From contig JAAYOD010000031.1 in assembly GCA_012520515.1 (NCBI GenBank), positions 4,327 to 68,326 on the forward strand: DNA of 64,000 nt, in the 5' to 3' direction. The translations under genes and the position numbers were made by a program. Source of the stretch: Clostridiales bacterium. GTDB lineage: Bacteria > Bacillota > Clostridia > Christensenellales > DTU072. Of this stretch, positions 37,604 through 47,109 are shown in pieces. The notes under the pieces were generated by a model. The model saw nothing but the letters and a program-made list of their open reading frames with translations. It ran no database searches and had not been told where the DNA came from. How positions within the stretch are numbered: position 1 is the first letter of the stretch; each line of letters starts with the position of its first letter.

Positions 37604-38194
37604 TTATAATTGACTATTTCTAACGATATCGCTAATTCTTGTTAAAATTTCTTCCTTTCCTTGTCTGTTTTGAGAAGAATATACATAAAGATTGTCTATG
37701 CCTAGTGCTAGACAATTGGCAATTTGATTTTTGCGTCTTAGCCCTGCGCTACGGCTTAGCTTGTCGCTCTTGGTAGCAATTACTATAAAAGGTATCCTAT
37801 AATGATATAGGTATCTTATCATAAGCTTGTCATCTTCGGTAGGGTCATGCCTTATATCCACAAGCATAAAAATACATTTAAGCCCATGAGAATTTTGCAA
37901 ATAATTTTCAATGAGTTTGCCCCATTTGATTTTTTCTTCTTTAGACACCTTGGCATAGCCATATCCTGGCAAATCCACTAAACAAAACTCACCATTATTG
38001 ATACTAAAATAATTTATCAGTCTTGTTCTACCAGGCTCTTTAGAAGTTCTTGCAAGGTTTTTGTTGTTGCAAATACTGTTTATAAAACTAGATTTACCTA
38101 CATTAGACTTGCCAACAACGGCTATCTCTATGGCATAGTTTTTCATTTGCGTTAAGTTGCTTGCGCTAGTTACAAATTCTGCATTGGTTATCAT
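37604..38194 (-). CDS. engB: ribosome biogenesis GTPase YsxC/EngB
   Basis: EIAVVGKSNVGKSSFIN (G1), DLPGYGYA (G3), ATKSDK (G4). It lies downstream of clpX, as in Bacillus. Confidence 0.9.
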   Translation of the reverse strand: MITNAEFVTSASNLTQMKNYAIEIAVVGKSNVGKSSFINSICNNKNLARTSKEPGRTRLINYFSINNGEFCLVDLPGYGYAKVSKEEKIKWGKLIENYLQNSHGLKCIFMLVDIRHDPTEDDKLMIRYLYHYRIPFIVIATKSDKLSRSAGLRRKNQIANCLALGIDNLYVYSSQNRQGKEEILTRISDIVRNSQL

Positions 38195-38213
38195 AACAGT
38201 TTATCCTTTACTT

Positions 38214-38243
38214 CAAAAATGGTGACAAGCGCCACCATTTTTA
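38214..38243 (-). terminator. rho-independent terminator downstream of clpX
   Basis: Stem aaatggtg (38217-38224) pairs with caccattt (38233-38240), with a U-run on the minus transcript. Confidence 0.7.
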
Positions 38244-38244
38244 T

Positions 38245-39513
38245 TTATGCTATTTCGTCAAGCGTCTTTCTTATCACTGTGGGCGGAGCAACTTTTTGGA
38301 TACTCTCTTTGGTGACTATTACCTTAGTTACGCTCTTATCAGACGGTATGTCATACATAATATCAAGCATGACATCTTCAACGATATTGCGAAGTCCCCT
38401 TGCTCCTGTTTTTAAGCGTATTGACTTTTGGGCTATTTCTTTTAGCGCTTCAGGTTCAAATTCAAGCTCTACATCATTTAGCTTAAGCATTTTGGTATAT
38501 TGCTTGACAATAGAGTTTTTAGGCTCAATAAGAATTCTAACAAGGTCATCTTCAGTAAGTGGGTCTAGCGCGGCCACAATAGGAATCCTGCCTACAAACT
38601 CTGGTATAAGACCATATTTAATAAGGTCATCAGGTTGTAAGTCGCGAATATTTTCGCTATATATATTTTCTCGTTCTTTAAGCATACCGCCAAAGCCTAA
38701 GTTTGACTTATCCTTGCGCTTATCTACTACTTTTTCCAAATCTACAAACGCTCCGCCACATATAAACAAAATATTGGTGGTATCTATTTGGATACACTCT
38801 TCTTGAGGGTGCTTTCTGCCACCGTGGGGCGGCACATTGGCAACAGTGGACTCTAATATCTTTAATAAAGCTTGTTGCACGCCTTCACCGCTGACATCTC
38901 TTGTTATGCTGACATTTTCGCTTTTTCTGCAAATTTTGTCAATTTCGTCAATATAAACAATGCCAACTTCGGCTTTTTTAACATCGCCCTTAGCTGCTTG
39001 AATAAGTTTAAGCAAGATATTTTCCACATCTTCGCCTACATATCCAGCTTCTGTTAAAGTGGTTGCGTCCGCAACGCAAAAAGGAACTTTTAGTATCTCG
39101 GCAAGCGTTTTTGCTAGCAAGGTTTTACCGCTTCCAGTAGGACCTAGCATAAGCACATTACTTTTTTCTAGCTTGACATCTGACTTGTCATTTCTCAAGT
39201 TGTCATTAATGCGTTTGTAGTGGTTATAGACAGCGACGCTAAGAATTTTCTTGGCGTTGTCCTGTCCTACAATGCTTTCGTCAAGCATGGCTTTGATTTC
39301 TTTAGGCGTGGGCAAATCGTCGCTAATTTCACGACTTTCCTTAACGCTTATATCTTCTTCAAAAGCAATTTCCGCCAGCAATTTATGCGCTCTGTCTATA
39401 CAGACATTGCAAAGCGATACGCCTTTTGCGCCAGCTATTAAAATAACAGCGTCGCTAGCAGAGCGTCCGCAAAATATGCATCTATTGCTATCTACATCAA
39501 TTGTCGTTATCAT
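38245..39513 (-). CDS. clpX: ATP-dependent Clp protease ATP-binding subunit ClpX
   Basis: N-terminal zinc-binding CIFCGR...CNVC, Walker [18 protein letters not shown], and the GARGLR sensor motif. Confidence 0.97.
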   Translation of the reverse strand: MITTIDVDSNRCIFCGRSASDAVILIAGAKGVSLCNVCIDRAHKLLAEIAFEEDISVKESREISDDLPTPKEIKAMLDESIVGQDNAKKILSVAVYNHYKRINDNLRNDKSDVKLEKSNVLMLGPTGSGKTLLAKTLAEILKVPFCVADATTLTEAGYVGEDVENILLKLIQAAKGDVKKAEVGIVYIDEIDKICRKSENVSITRDVSGEGVQQALLKILESTVANVPPHGGRKHPQEECIQIDTTNILFICGGAFVDLEKVVDKRKDKSNLGFGGMLKERENIYSENIRDLQPDDLIKYGLIPEFVGRIPIVAALDPLTEDDLVRILIEPKNSIVKQYTKMLKLNDVELEFEPEALKEIAQKSIRLKTGARGLRNIVEDVMLDIMYDIPSDKSVTKVIVTKESIQKVAPPTVIRKTLDEIA

Positions 39514-40103
39514 TAAATACTCTCCTCTCTTGAGATATAAACTTTGTCCACGATACCGTATTCTAAGGCTTCTTGAGCTGTCATATAATAATCTCTTTCC
39601 ACATCTCTTTTTATTTTTTCAAGCGGTTGTGAAGTGTTCTTTGCCAAAATTTCATTCATCTTTTCTCTAATTCTTATTATGCGTTCGGCAGCTATGGCTA
39701 TCTCGGTAGCTTGGCCTTGAACACCGCCAGATGGTTGATGAATCATAATTTCGCTGTTAGCAAGCGCAAATCTTTTACCCTTTGTTCCCGAACTTAACAA
39801 AAATGCTCCCATGCTTGCCGCAAGACCTATACATATAGTACTTACATCGCATTTGACATAATTCATAGTATCATAAATTGCCATGCCGTCGGACACAGAG
39901 CCACCTGGGCTATTAATATACAAATATATGTCTTTGTTAGGGTCTTTTGTTTCCAAATATAGCATTTGTCCTACAATACTGTTGGCAGTACGGGAATTAA
40001 CTTCGCCAGATAGAAAAATTATTCTGTCTTCTAACAACCTAGAATATAGGTCGTAAGTGCGTTCTCCTCTGCCGTCTTTTTCGATAACATAAGGTATTGT
40101 CAT
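39513..40103 (-). CDS. clpP: ATP-dependent Clp protease proteolytic subunit
   Basis: [26 protein letters not shown] (catalytic Ser), IMIHQP (His). It has a TAATG overlap with clpX. Confidence 0.97.
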   Translation of the reverse strand: MTIPYVIEKDGRGERTYDLYSRLLEDRIIFLSGEVNSRTANSIVGQMLYLETKDPNKDIYLYINSPGGSVSDGMAIYDTMNYVKCDVSTICIGLAASMGAFLLSSGTKGKRFALANSEIMIHQPSGGVQGQATEIAIAAERIIRIREKMNEILAKNTSQPLEKIKRDVERDYYMTAQEALEYGIVDKVYISREESI

Positions 40104-40120
40104 ATTTTGCTCCTTAACAA

Positions 40121-41377
40121 TTATATTATTTCGTTGTTGCTCTTAAGAAAATCAAATAGCCTATCTACTATCATTTGATTGGCAATATAGCTCATTTGTT
40201 GCGCATTTTTTTGCTCGTCAGGCAATTTGTTAACTTCAGCGTTCAACTCTTCAGGCGTTACATTAATATTTTCTGCTTTCATTATCTCTTCCATAACTAA
40301 GCGGTATTTTATATTTTTAAGCGCCTCTTCTCTCTTTTCTTCCTTAATCTTTTCTACCGTAGTGTTTGTATATTTTAAATAATCATCAAACTTTAATCCA
40401 TAACTTTGCATACTTCTTTCCAATTCTTGAATACGATAGTCAAGCTCCTCTTCCACCATACACTCGGGAATATCTATTTCTGTGTTATTTACAATAGTTT
40501 CCATAATGGTGTTTTCTAATTCAGCTTCAGCTTGTTTCTTTTTGTCTTCTCTTATTTTTTCCTTAATTTCTTTTTTCCATTCTTCTACTGTGTTTAGCGT
40601 TTCGCTAATATCTTTTACAAACTCATCATCAAGCGTTGGCATTTCTTTAGATTTTATTGTTTTAATTGTTACTGCAAACACTGCGTCTTTACCGGCAAGC
40701 TCTTCAGTATATTCTTTAGGGAAAGTGACATTAATATCTTTGCTTTCGCCTGCTTTTAAGCCAACTAATTGTGATTCAAAGCCTGGAATAAAGGTGTTAC
40801 TGCCAATCTCTAGCATTTGGTCTTGCGCCGTTCCGCCATCAAATTTGATGCCGTCAATACTGCCTGAATAGTCAAGAGTGATGATATCGCCCATAGCAAC
40901 TTCTGCGACTTCTTCTTTTTCTACAAGTCTACTTCTAGACTCAAGCTCTTTATTTATAACTTCTTCTACTTCTGCTTGAGTTACTCTAACTTTGGTCTTT
41001 TTTATCTCTAGTCCTTTATATTGTCCTAGTGTAAAACTTGGTTTTACTGCAGTGGTTATAACAGCTTTTACGCCCTCTTGACTCACTTCCTTTACATCAA
41101 CATCAGGTCTGCCTATAACTTCTAGATTATCTTTTTCAATTATTGAATTATAATGCTTGCTAAGAGCAATATCTAGAGCATCTTCATAAAAGATTTCTAC
41201 GCCATAACGCTTTATTAAAACATTCATTGGCACTTTGCCCTTTCTAAAACCCTCAATGGAATATTGATGTTTAGTTTTGTTATATGCCTCTTTTATAGCT
41301 TCGTTCCAATCGTCTTTGTTGATGTCAATAGCAATTTCAATTTTTGACTTGCTCAACTCTTGTACTGAGTATTCCAT
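40121..41377 (-). CDS. tig: trigger factor
   Basis: N-terminal GFRKGKVP ribosome-binding motif, a central FKBP-like domain and an acidic C-terminal arm. The start is taken at ATG MEYSV (41375-41377); the ORF track starts 2 codons earlier at TTG. Confidence 0.93.
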   Translation of the reverse strand: MEYSVQELSKSKIEIAIDINKDDWNEAIKEAYNKTKHQYSIEGFRKGKVPMNVLIKRYGVEIFYEDALDIALSKHYNSIIEKDNLEVIGRPDVDVKEVSQEGVKAVITTAVKPSFTLGQYKGLEIKKTKVRVTQAEVEEVINKELESRSRLVEKEEVAEVAMGDIITLDYSGSIDGIKFDGGTAQDQMLEIGSNTFIPGFESQLVGLKAGESKDINVTFPKEYTEELAGKDAVFAVTIKTIKSKEMPTLDDEFVKDISETLNTVEEWKKEIKEKIREDKKKQAEAELENTIMETIVNNTEIDIPECMVEEELDYRIQELERSMQSYGLKFDDYLKYTNTTVEKIKEEKREEALKNIKYRLVMEEIMKAENINVTPEELNAEVNKLPDEQKNAQQMSYIANQMIVDRLFDFLKSNNEII

Positions 41378-41428
41378 ATGCAATTCTTCCTCCAGTGTTC
41401 ATTTTATATTTAATAATAAAGTTTATAC

Positions 41429-41457
41429 ATAATAACATATTTATTGCACATTTGCAA
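41429..41457 (-). promoter_or_regulatory. sigma-A type promoter for tig (TTGCAA-N17-TGtTATTAT)
   Basis: Minus strand has TTGCAA (41457-41452), a 17-nt spacer ending in TGT, and TATTAT (41434-41429). Confidence 0.55.
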
Positions 41458-41495
41458 ATTTATAAGTACCAAACTTAAGTGTTTTTTGTCGAATA

Positions 41496-42908
41496 TTATT
41501 CGTTATCGTCAACTTTCTTTTTTTCTTTGGCTTTCTTTCTGCTTAAAAATTTGCTTTGATCTTGGCTTTCCACAAAGCGCATATATTCCCCCTGCCAGTT
41601 AAAGCGAATATCTCTAAGCTCGCCGTTACGGTGCTTGGCTATAGTAAGTTTAATAGGAGAATTTTGTTTATCTTCTTCTATCTCTCTACTCAAAAACAAT
41701 ACTATATCGGCATCTTGCTCTATGCTTCCAGACTCTCTTAAGTCGCTTAGCATTGGCGTATTATCTTCTCTACTTTCGATACCGCGCGACATCTGCGATA
41801 ACAAGATAACAGGACAATCCAATTCTTTGGCCATTATTTTCATCATTCTGGACATTGACGCTACTTCTTCTTGACGGTTGCCAGGTCCGCGTCCTTTAAA
41901 GCTGTCAGGAAGCATTAACTGTAAGTAGTCAACTATGACAAGGTCCAATTTTTTAGTGCCAGCAATGCTTGGCAGACGCCTACACTGTGAAAGCACTTCG
42001 CTAGGCGGAATTAGTGAGCGGTCATCTACGTAAATTTTGCTGTCGCTAAGCGCTTGGTTTACTTTCCAAATATTTTTGGAGCTTTGTCCTTTTACATCGC
42101 CTTTGCTTACATCGGTCATCTTGACTTCGCCCATATTGCACACCAGTCTTTGCGCAAGCTGAACAGCAGGCATTTCCAATGAAAAGATAGCAATAGTTTT
42201 AGGTTCGCCTATTTTTATGGTATTTGCCACAATATTAAAGGCAAAAGCCGTTTTTCCCACTGAGGGACGGGCAGCAAGTATTATTAGGTCACCATTTTGC
42301 AATCCATTTGTAACTGAATCAAATATCTTAAAGCCAGTGGGCAAGCCACGCAACATACCATTGTTTTTACAAAGCATATCAATTCTTTCCATAAGTTCGC
42401 TAGTGGCTTTAGATATATGGGTAAGTCCGCCATTGTCAAGTCCTTTGGATATACCATATATAAGTTCTTCTGCATATCTTAGCGTTGCAATTTCGTCTGT
42501 GGACTTATAGCTTTGTTCTGTTATTTTGTTGCACGCTGTAATAATGGCTCTAAGCACATAATCCCTATGTAGTATTTTAGAATAAAAATTAAAATTTGCG
42601 CCCGATGGCAGCAAGCTTTGAATTTCCGTCAAATATGAAAGCGTACTATCATCGGACTTGCCAGATTTTTCTAGCATATCATTGACGGTAATTATATCAA
42701 TAGCTGTACCAATTTGGTAAAGCGCTTGAATTGCTTCATATATAATTCTGTTTCTCTTATTATAAAAAGCTTCCGATTCCAGCGAAGGCACAACTTCTTC
42801 CACTGCGTTGCCATCAATAAGCAAACAACAAAGCAAAGACTGCTCTGCTTCATAATTGTTAGGAAATCTCCTTACATTATCAAGAGTATTCTTGGATTTA
42901 TTGTCCAT
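41496..42908 (-). CDS. dnaB: replicative DNA helicase (DnaB family)
   Basis: N-terminal PNNYEAEQSLLCCLLID, Walker A AARPSVGKTAFA, IVDYLQLM, SQMSRGIESR and ESGSIEQDAD motifs. Confidence 0.93.
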   Translation of the reverse strand: MDNKSKNTLDNVRRFPNNYEAEQSLLCCLLIDGNAVEEVVPSLESEAFYNKRNRIIYEAIQALYQIGTAIDIITVNDMLEKSGKSDDSTLSYLTEIQSLLPSGANFNFYSKILHRDYVLRAIITACNKITEQSYKSTDEIATLRYAEELIYGISKGLDNGGLTHISKATSELMERIDMLCKNNGMLRGLPTGFKIFDSVTNGLQNGDLIILAARPSVGKTAFAFNIVANTIKIGEPKTIAIFSLEMPAVQLAQRLVCNMGEVKMTDVSKGDVKGQSSKNIWKVNQALSDSKIYVDDRSLIPPSEVLSQCRRLPSIAGTKKLDLVIVDYLQLMLPDSFKGRGPGNRQEEVASMSRMMKIMAKELDCPVILLSQMSRGIESREDNTPMLSDLRESGSIEQDADIVLFLSREIEEDKQNSPIKLTIAKHRNGELRDIRFNWQGEYMRFVESQDQSKFLSRKKAKEKKKVDDNE

Positions 42909-43725
42909 AGGTATTCTCCTTTTTCTTCTTGTTGTGTTTTACATAAAAGATAACTGGCGCGCTTATCACTGCTATGGAAATCAAAATTGCAAGCGCATAC
43001 CAGTTAGCTGAATTTGGCAAATGCTGTACAAGGTTTATTTGTTTATTTGCCATATCCATATTCATATCGTAAGAGTGTAGATATATGTTTTGCCCCGCTG
43101 AAAAATTGATGCGGTCAGCGTCGCTATTTATTATGGAATAAGGTGTTCCGTAAGTGTAGTTAAGCAAAATTGTTTCTCTTTGTACGCCAAGTTCATAAAA
43201 CTCATTTATTATTTTCTTTAATGCGCCTTGACTCTCTTCTACCCCTGTAAAAGGCGATGATTGCTTTATAAATGTATCGGTAAAAAAGAAACTTTTTTGT
43301 GTGATATAATCGTTTTTGCTAATTTTATACCCGTCTATACCCATATCGATATAAAGCGTGGCAAGGTCGTCATATTTTCTTTCTCCTATTATGGAATACT
43401 TATTTTTATCTATTTTAACGGCATATCCAAGCGAATTTAAATAAGGGGTAAAAACCGTCAAAAATTCAGGATTTTCATTTTCTGTTACTGCAGGAAGATT
43501 TTCTTTTGCAAAATTTTCATCAAAAACAATTTCTATTGCTCTATACGCGCCCGATGAATACAAAATATAATTTTTATAGCTTAATTTTACATCAAAGTCG
43601 TCTAATTCTGCCCCTTGAGGAACGCTGTTTTGCTCGCTAGCTTGCGCTGATATGCAAGATACAGGCACAGCTACTATGGCAAGGAGGCAAACAAGCGCTA
43701 CAATAACAGGAATAATCTTTTTCAT
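42898..43725 (-). CDS. secreted, C-terminally membrane-anchored protein of unknown function
   Basis: N-terminal signal-like segment MKKIIPVIVALVCLLAIVAVPV, a ~210-aa soluble part, a C-terminal TM (WYALAILISIAVISAPVIFYV) and a KKKK tail. It has start/stop overlaps with both pepF and dnaB. Confidence 0.55.
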   Translation of the reverse strand: MKKIIPVIVALVCLLAIVAVPVSCISAQASEQNSVPQGAELDDFDVKLSYKNYILYSSGAYRAIEIVFDENFAKENLPAVTENENPEFLTVFTPYLNSLGYAVKIDKNKYSIIGERKYDDLATLYIDMGIDGYKISKNDYITQKSFFFTDTFIKQSSPFTGVEESQGALKKIINEFYELGVQRETILLNYTYGTPYSIINSDADRINFSAGQNIYLHSYDMNMDMANKQINLVQHLPNSANWYALAILISIAVISAPVIFYVKHNKKKKENTYGQ

Positions 43726-45515
43726 TACTCTCTCCCGATTAATAAATCAAGCTCTTCTTGCAAGCTTCTAAATTCTTTCATAGCCACTTCAAAAGGCGCT
43801 TTATTGGTTAGGTCAATACCCATAATTTTTATAATATCAAGGCTGTCCAAACTTCCGCCTGCGCTTAAAAACTCATTGTATTTTTCCACTATGCTATTGT
43901 CTTTAAGAATGGCATTTGCAATATTTATAGCGCAAGTGATACCAGTTGCATACTGATAGACATAAAAATCATTGTAAAAATGGGGAATGCGTGACCATTC
44001 ATAGCCAATTAGGTCATCATTTACAACAGCTTTGCCATAATACGCGCTATTTAGATTATGATAAAACTTTGTAAGTTTTTCCGCGCTCAACGAACGCCCT
44101 TCTTCTATCTCATCATGGGCATATCTTTCAAACTCTGCAAACATTGTTTGTCTAAATAGTGTTGTTCTTATCATATCGATATAGTAGCTTAAAAGATAAA
44201 TTCTTTCCTGCCCTTTGGCTTCCTTAAGAAGATGTTTTATTAATAGCACTTCGTTTACAGTACTGGCAATCTCTGCCACAAAAATGGTGTAACTTGCCTT
44301 TTCATAGCATTGGGCATTATTGCTCTTGTAGCTGTGAACAGCGTGGCCTAACTCGTGGGCTATGGTAAACATATCGCTAATTGTGCCTTTATGGTTAAGA
44401 AGTATATACGGATGTGTGCCATAGATACTTGATGAATACGCTCCGCTTCTCTTTGCCTTTGTTTCTTCTACATCAATCCAACCTTCATTTTTTGCTTTTA
44501 GTAAAATTTCTTTATACTCTTGTCCTAGCGGAGCAAGCCCTTCAATGACAATGTCATAGGCCTTGTCATAGGTTATAAGTTTATCAATATCCTTTACAAT
44601 GGGCGTATACATATCGTACATATGCATACGGCTTAAATTAAGCGCTTTTTTGCGTAAAGCCACATACTTGTGCATAACAGGCGTGTACTTTTTGACGCTT
44701 GCAATAAGGTTATCGTAAACAATGGATGGAATGTTGCTACCAGAGAGCGCCATATCAAGACTACTTTTATATTTTCTTGTCTTAGCGTAAAAACAGGTAG
44801 CCTTTACATTGCCAATATAAGTTGCGGCAATGGTATTTATCATACTTTTATAAGCTTTATAGAGCGAATCAAAAGCTTTTTTACGCACCTTTTGGTCGCT
44901 ATCTCTTAGCAATACAGCATAAGAACCATGGGTAAGTTTTACCTTTTCTCCCCTTACATTAATTGTGCCTAGGTCAATGTCCACATTGTCAAAAAATGAG
45001 AATATATCCTTAAAATCGCCTGCAAATGAGCCAACTTGAGATAATAACTTTTCTTCTTTTGCGCTTAAAATATGTTTTTTCTTGCGAATAATGTTTTCAA
45101 AGTATCTGCTATAATTGCTGTACTTTGGATTATTCTTTAATTTCTTAAGCGTATCAAGTGAAAAAGATGATATAGCAGGGCTTATAAATGATGTCGCTGT
45201 GGAAAACTCTACATAGAGTTGAATAGCTTGGTCATATAACTCTTGATACTTTGTGATAGACTTGTCTTCATCGTCTTTCATATTGACATAGACAATAAGT
45301 TTTTCAATTAAAAATAGTGTCTTTGAATGTAAGGTTAGACAGTCGATAGCATTATCTTCATTTAATTTCTTATTAAATGCCGTAATGGCAGGGATATTTT
45401 TTCTTACAGTTTCAAAAATACTTGGTATTTCCTCTTCATTGAGAATATCGTTCAGCGCCCATTTTCTGTCGCTAGAAACCTTGTCTCTTGTCAAAATTTT
45501 CATCGTGTACTCCAT
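43725..45515 (-). CDS. pepF: oligoendopeptidase F (M3B family)
   Basis: HELGH zinc motif in FTIAHELGHAVHSY. The length of ~600 aa and overall pattern are typical of PepF. Confidence 0.9.
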   Translation of the reverse strand: MEYTMKILTRDKVSSDRKWALNDILNEEEIPSIFETVRKNIPAITAFNKKLNEDNAIDCLTLHSKTLFLIEKLIVYVNMKDDEDKSITKYQELYDQAIQLYVEFSTATSFISPAISSFSLDTLKKLKNNPKYSNYSRYFENIIRKKKHILSAKEEKLLSQVGSFAGDFKDIFSFFDNVDIDLGTINVRGEKVKLTHGSYAVLLRDSDQKVRKKAFDSLYKAYKSMINTIAATYIGNVKATCFYAKTRKYKSSLDMALSGSNIPSIVYDNLIASVKKYTPVMHKYVALRKKALNLSRMHMYDMYTPIVKDIDKLITYDKAYDIVIEGLAPLGQEYKEILLKAKNEGWIDVEETKAKRSGAYSSSIYGTHPYILLNHKGTISDMFTIAHELGHAVHSYKSNNAQCYEKASYTIFVAEIASTVNEVLLIKHLLKEAKGQERIYLLSYYIDMIRTTLFRQTMFAEFERYAHDEIEEGRSLSAEKLTKFYHNLNSAYYGKAVVNDDLIGYEWSRIPHFYNDFYVYQYATGITCAINIANAILKDNSIVEKYNEFLSAGGSLDSLDIIKIMGIDLTNKAPFEVAMKEFRSLQEELDLLIGRE

Positions 45516-45531
45516 ATATAAGTATTATTTT

Positions 45532-45560
45532 ATTATATTAATATAATATACCCTTGTCAA
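45532..45560 (-). promoter_or_regulatory. consensus sigma-A promoter for pepF (TTGACA-N17-TATAAT)
   Basis: Minus strand has TTGACA (45560-45555), a 17-nt spacer and TATAAT (45537-45532). Confidence 0.6.
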
Positions 45561-45594
45561 GTTAATTAATTCTTGGTCAAAGTAATTAATTCTT
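45556..45594 (-). repeat. tandem 20-nt direct repeat, each unit containing the TTAATTAA/TAATTAAT palindromic core
   Basis: The + strand has gtcaagttaattaattctt (45556-45574) and gtcaaagtaattaattctt (45576-45594), 17/19 identical with period 20. The promoter-proximal unit supplies the -35 TTGACA of pepF. Confidence 0.6.
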
Positions 45595-45625
45595 TGCAAT
45601 AAATGATTAAAAATGGGGAAATGGA

Positions 45626-45896
45626 AAAAAATAATGCACCCACTCCGATACACTTTACCGAATCGGCATAGAAACAGGTGACTCCCTTAAAGCTTCCTTA
45701 TAACACACCCCGAAATTTGCTTAGTGCTGCTGCGTTCAAACTCTGACACGGTTCACAACACGAGATTGTATAAGACCTTAATATCAACATTCCTTATTCC
45801 TATCGGCTTTCCATAAAATGCACCTCGGTGGGCGGTCAACCCCGCTATAGCGGATTGCGGGTCACAGGGCACCGCTAGCTCCCCGTTTAGCATCAA
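45626..45896 (-). ncRNA. ffs: signal recognition particle RNA, long (Bacillus scRNA-type, Alu domain present)
   Basis: Minus strand aligns by eye with B. subtilis scRNA. The Alu-domain block reads GCTAAACGGGGAGCTAGCGGTGCCCTGTGACCCGCAATCCGCTATAGCGGGG. The S-domain block reads CCGTGTCAGAGTTTGAACGCAGCAGCACTAAG. The closing helix pairs GATGC with GCATT, followed by a T-run. The track ORF 45753..45962 lies inside or across it and is spurious. Confidence 0.85.
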
Positions 45897-45900
45897 CAGT

Positions 45901-45929
45901 ATTATACCCCAATGCAGAAATATAATCAA
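45901..45929 (-). promoter_or_regulatory. sigma-A promoter for the SRP RNA (TTGATT-N17-TATAAT)
   Basis: Minus strand has TTGATT (45929-45924), a 17-nt spacer and TATAAT (45906-45901). The RNA 5' helix starts ~7 nt downstream. Confidence 0.65.
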
Positions 45930-45936
45930 GTAAAAA

Positions 45937-47016
45937 TTATTGCCAGTTAATAGATTCTCCAAACAGAATTTGGCAGATTTTGTCTTTCAAACAATCCATT
46001 CCTTCCCCAGTTTTTGCGCTAGTGTAAATAACATTTTCACCAGTAGGAATGACATCGCTATCGGCAATATCGTGCTTGTTAAGAAGAGTAATTATAGGAA
46101 TGTCGCCAGCGCCTATGCTTTGCAAAACATCTATTACAACATCGTATTCTTTAAGGATATCTTTGCTCTCTAAATTGACTACATGTAAGATAAGGTCAGC
46201 GTATTTGGTCTCTTCTAGTGTGCTTTTAAAAGCTTCAATAAATGAATGAGGCAACCTTGATATAAATCCTACTGTGTCAGTCAAAATTAGCACTTTATTT
46301 GGCGCAAGCCACAGTTTTCTAGATACAGGGTCTAGAGTGGCAAAAAGCTTGTTTTCTTCTAGCACATTGGCTTTGACAAGGTTGTTCATAAGAGCGGATT
46401 TGCCAGCGTTAGTATAACCTACAATACAGACGGATTTTACTCTGCTGTTTTTTCTTTTTTGACGCCTAAGTTCTCTCTCTTCCCCCATTTTTTTAAGCTT
46501 TTGTTGCAATGCCCTAATTTCTTCGCGAATGGTGCGCCTATCTAATTCTAGCATTTGTTCGCCGCCGCCCCTACGCGCGCCACCACCGCCGCCTCCACCG
46601 CCGCCTTGGCGGGAAAGCTGAATGGCCTTGTTCATTGCCCTTGGCATATTCTGTTTTTTGAGAGCAAGCTCTACTTGCAATTTGCCTTCATTACTGGTAG
46701 CGTGCTTAGCAAATATTTGTAAAATTAAAGTTGCTCTATCTATAACATCAACTTGCAAAATGTCTTCTAAGTTATTAAAGTGAGAGCCATTGGGTTCATT
46801 GTCAAAAATGACTATTTCAGCTTCTGTAGCTTCTAATAATTGCTTAAGCTCATGCACCTTGCCTGAACCTAGATAATATGTCTTGTCTGGTAGCCCTCTA
46901 GCTTGTGTAAGAGTACCTAAAACTTCATAGTCGGCAGTATTGGCAAGAAGCTCTAGCTCTTCTAAATCCACGCTGTTGTCTTGATTTGTTATTACTGCTA
47001 CAAGTATTGCTTTCAT
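45937..47016 (-). CDS. hflX: GTPase HflX
   Basis: HflX N-terminal domain with a Gly-rich loop ...LSRQGGGGGGGGGARRGGGEQMLELDRR, and G motifs GYTNAGKS, DTVGF and NKHD. Confidence 0.9.
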   Translation of the reverse strand: MKAILVAVITNQDNSVDLEELELLANTADYEVLGTLTQARGLPDKTYYLGSGKVHELKQLLEATEAEIVIFDNEPNGSHFNNLEDILQVDVIDRATLILQIFAKHATSNEGKLQVELALKKQNMPRAMNKAIQLSRQGGGGGGGGGARRGGGEQMLELDRRTIREEIRALQQKLKKMGEERELRRQKRKNSRVKSVCIVGYTNAGKSALMNNLVKANVLEENKLFATLDPVSRKLWLAPNKVLILTDTVGFISRLPHSFIEAFKSTLEETKYADLILHVVNLESKDILKEYDVVIDVLQSIGAGDIPIITLLNKHDIADSDVIPTGENVIYTSAKTGEGMDCLKDKICQILFGESINWQ

Positions 47017-47053
47017 ACATATAGTATAACAAATTTTAGCGTCTGATTACAAG

Positions 47054-47090
47054 CAAAAAGCGACCTAATAACCTTAGGTCGCTTTTTATT
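47054..47090. terminator. rho-independent terminator downstream of spoIVA
   Basis: An 11-bp stem pairs aaagcgaccta (47057-47067) with taggtcgcttt (47075-47085). A/T runs lie on both sides. Confidence 0.75.
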
Positions 47091-47109
47091 TTAAGGCATG
47101 GCTTTTAAT

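Noticed and set aside
38219-38806. 195-aa + strand ORF
   Set aside because: It is entirely antisense to clpX, Ser-rich and low in complexity, with no SD or promoter. It is a shadow ORF.
41484-41490. Perfect Spo0A-box heptamer TGTCGAA between dnaB and tig
   Set aside because: It is a single 7-mer. Several such matches are expected by chance in 64 kb on two strands. There is no second box and no positional relation to the tig promoter at 41429-41457.
45753-45962. 69-aa minus-strand ORF in the pepF-hflX gap
   Set aside because: It overlaps the SRP RNA and its promoter. The interval is explained by the ncRNA.
46561-46608. GC-rich (GGN)n tract, the most GC-rich patch in the window; considered as a slippage-prone repeat or foreign insert
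   Set aside because: It encodes the glycine-rich loop of HflX (QGGGGGGGGGARRGGGE) in frame. The Gly codons are mixed (GGC/GGT/GGA), so it is not a perfect microsatellite. The Gly run is longer than I would expect but is otherwise part of a normal hflX.
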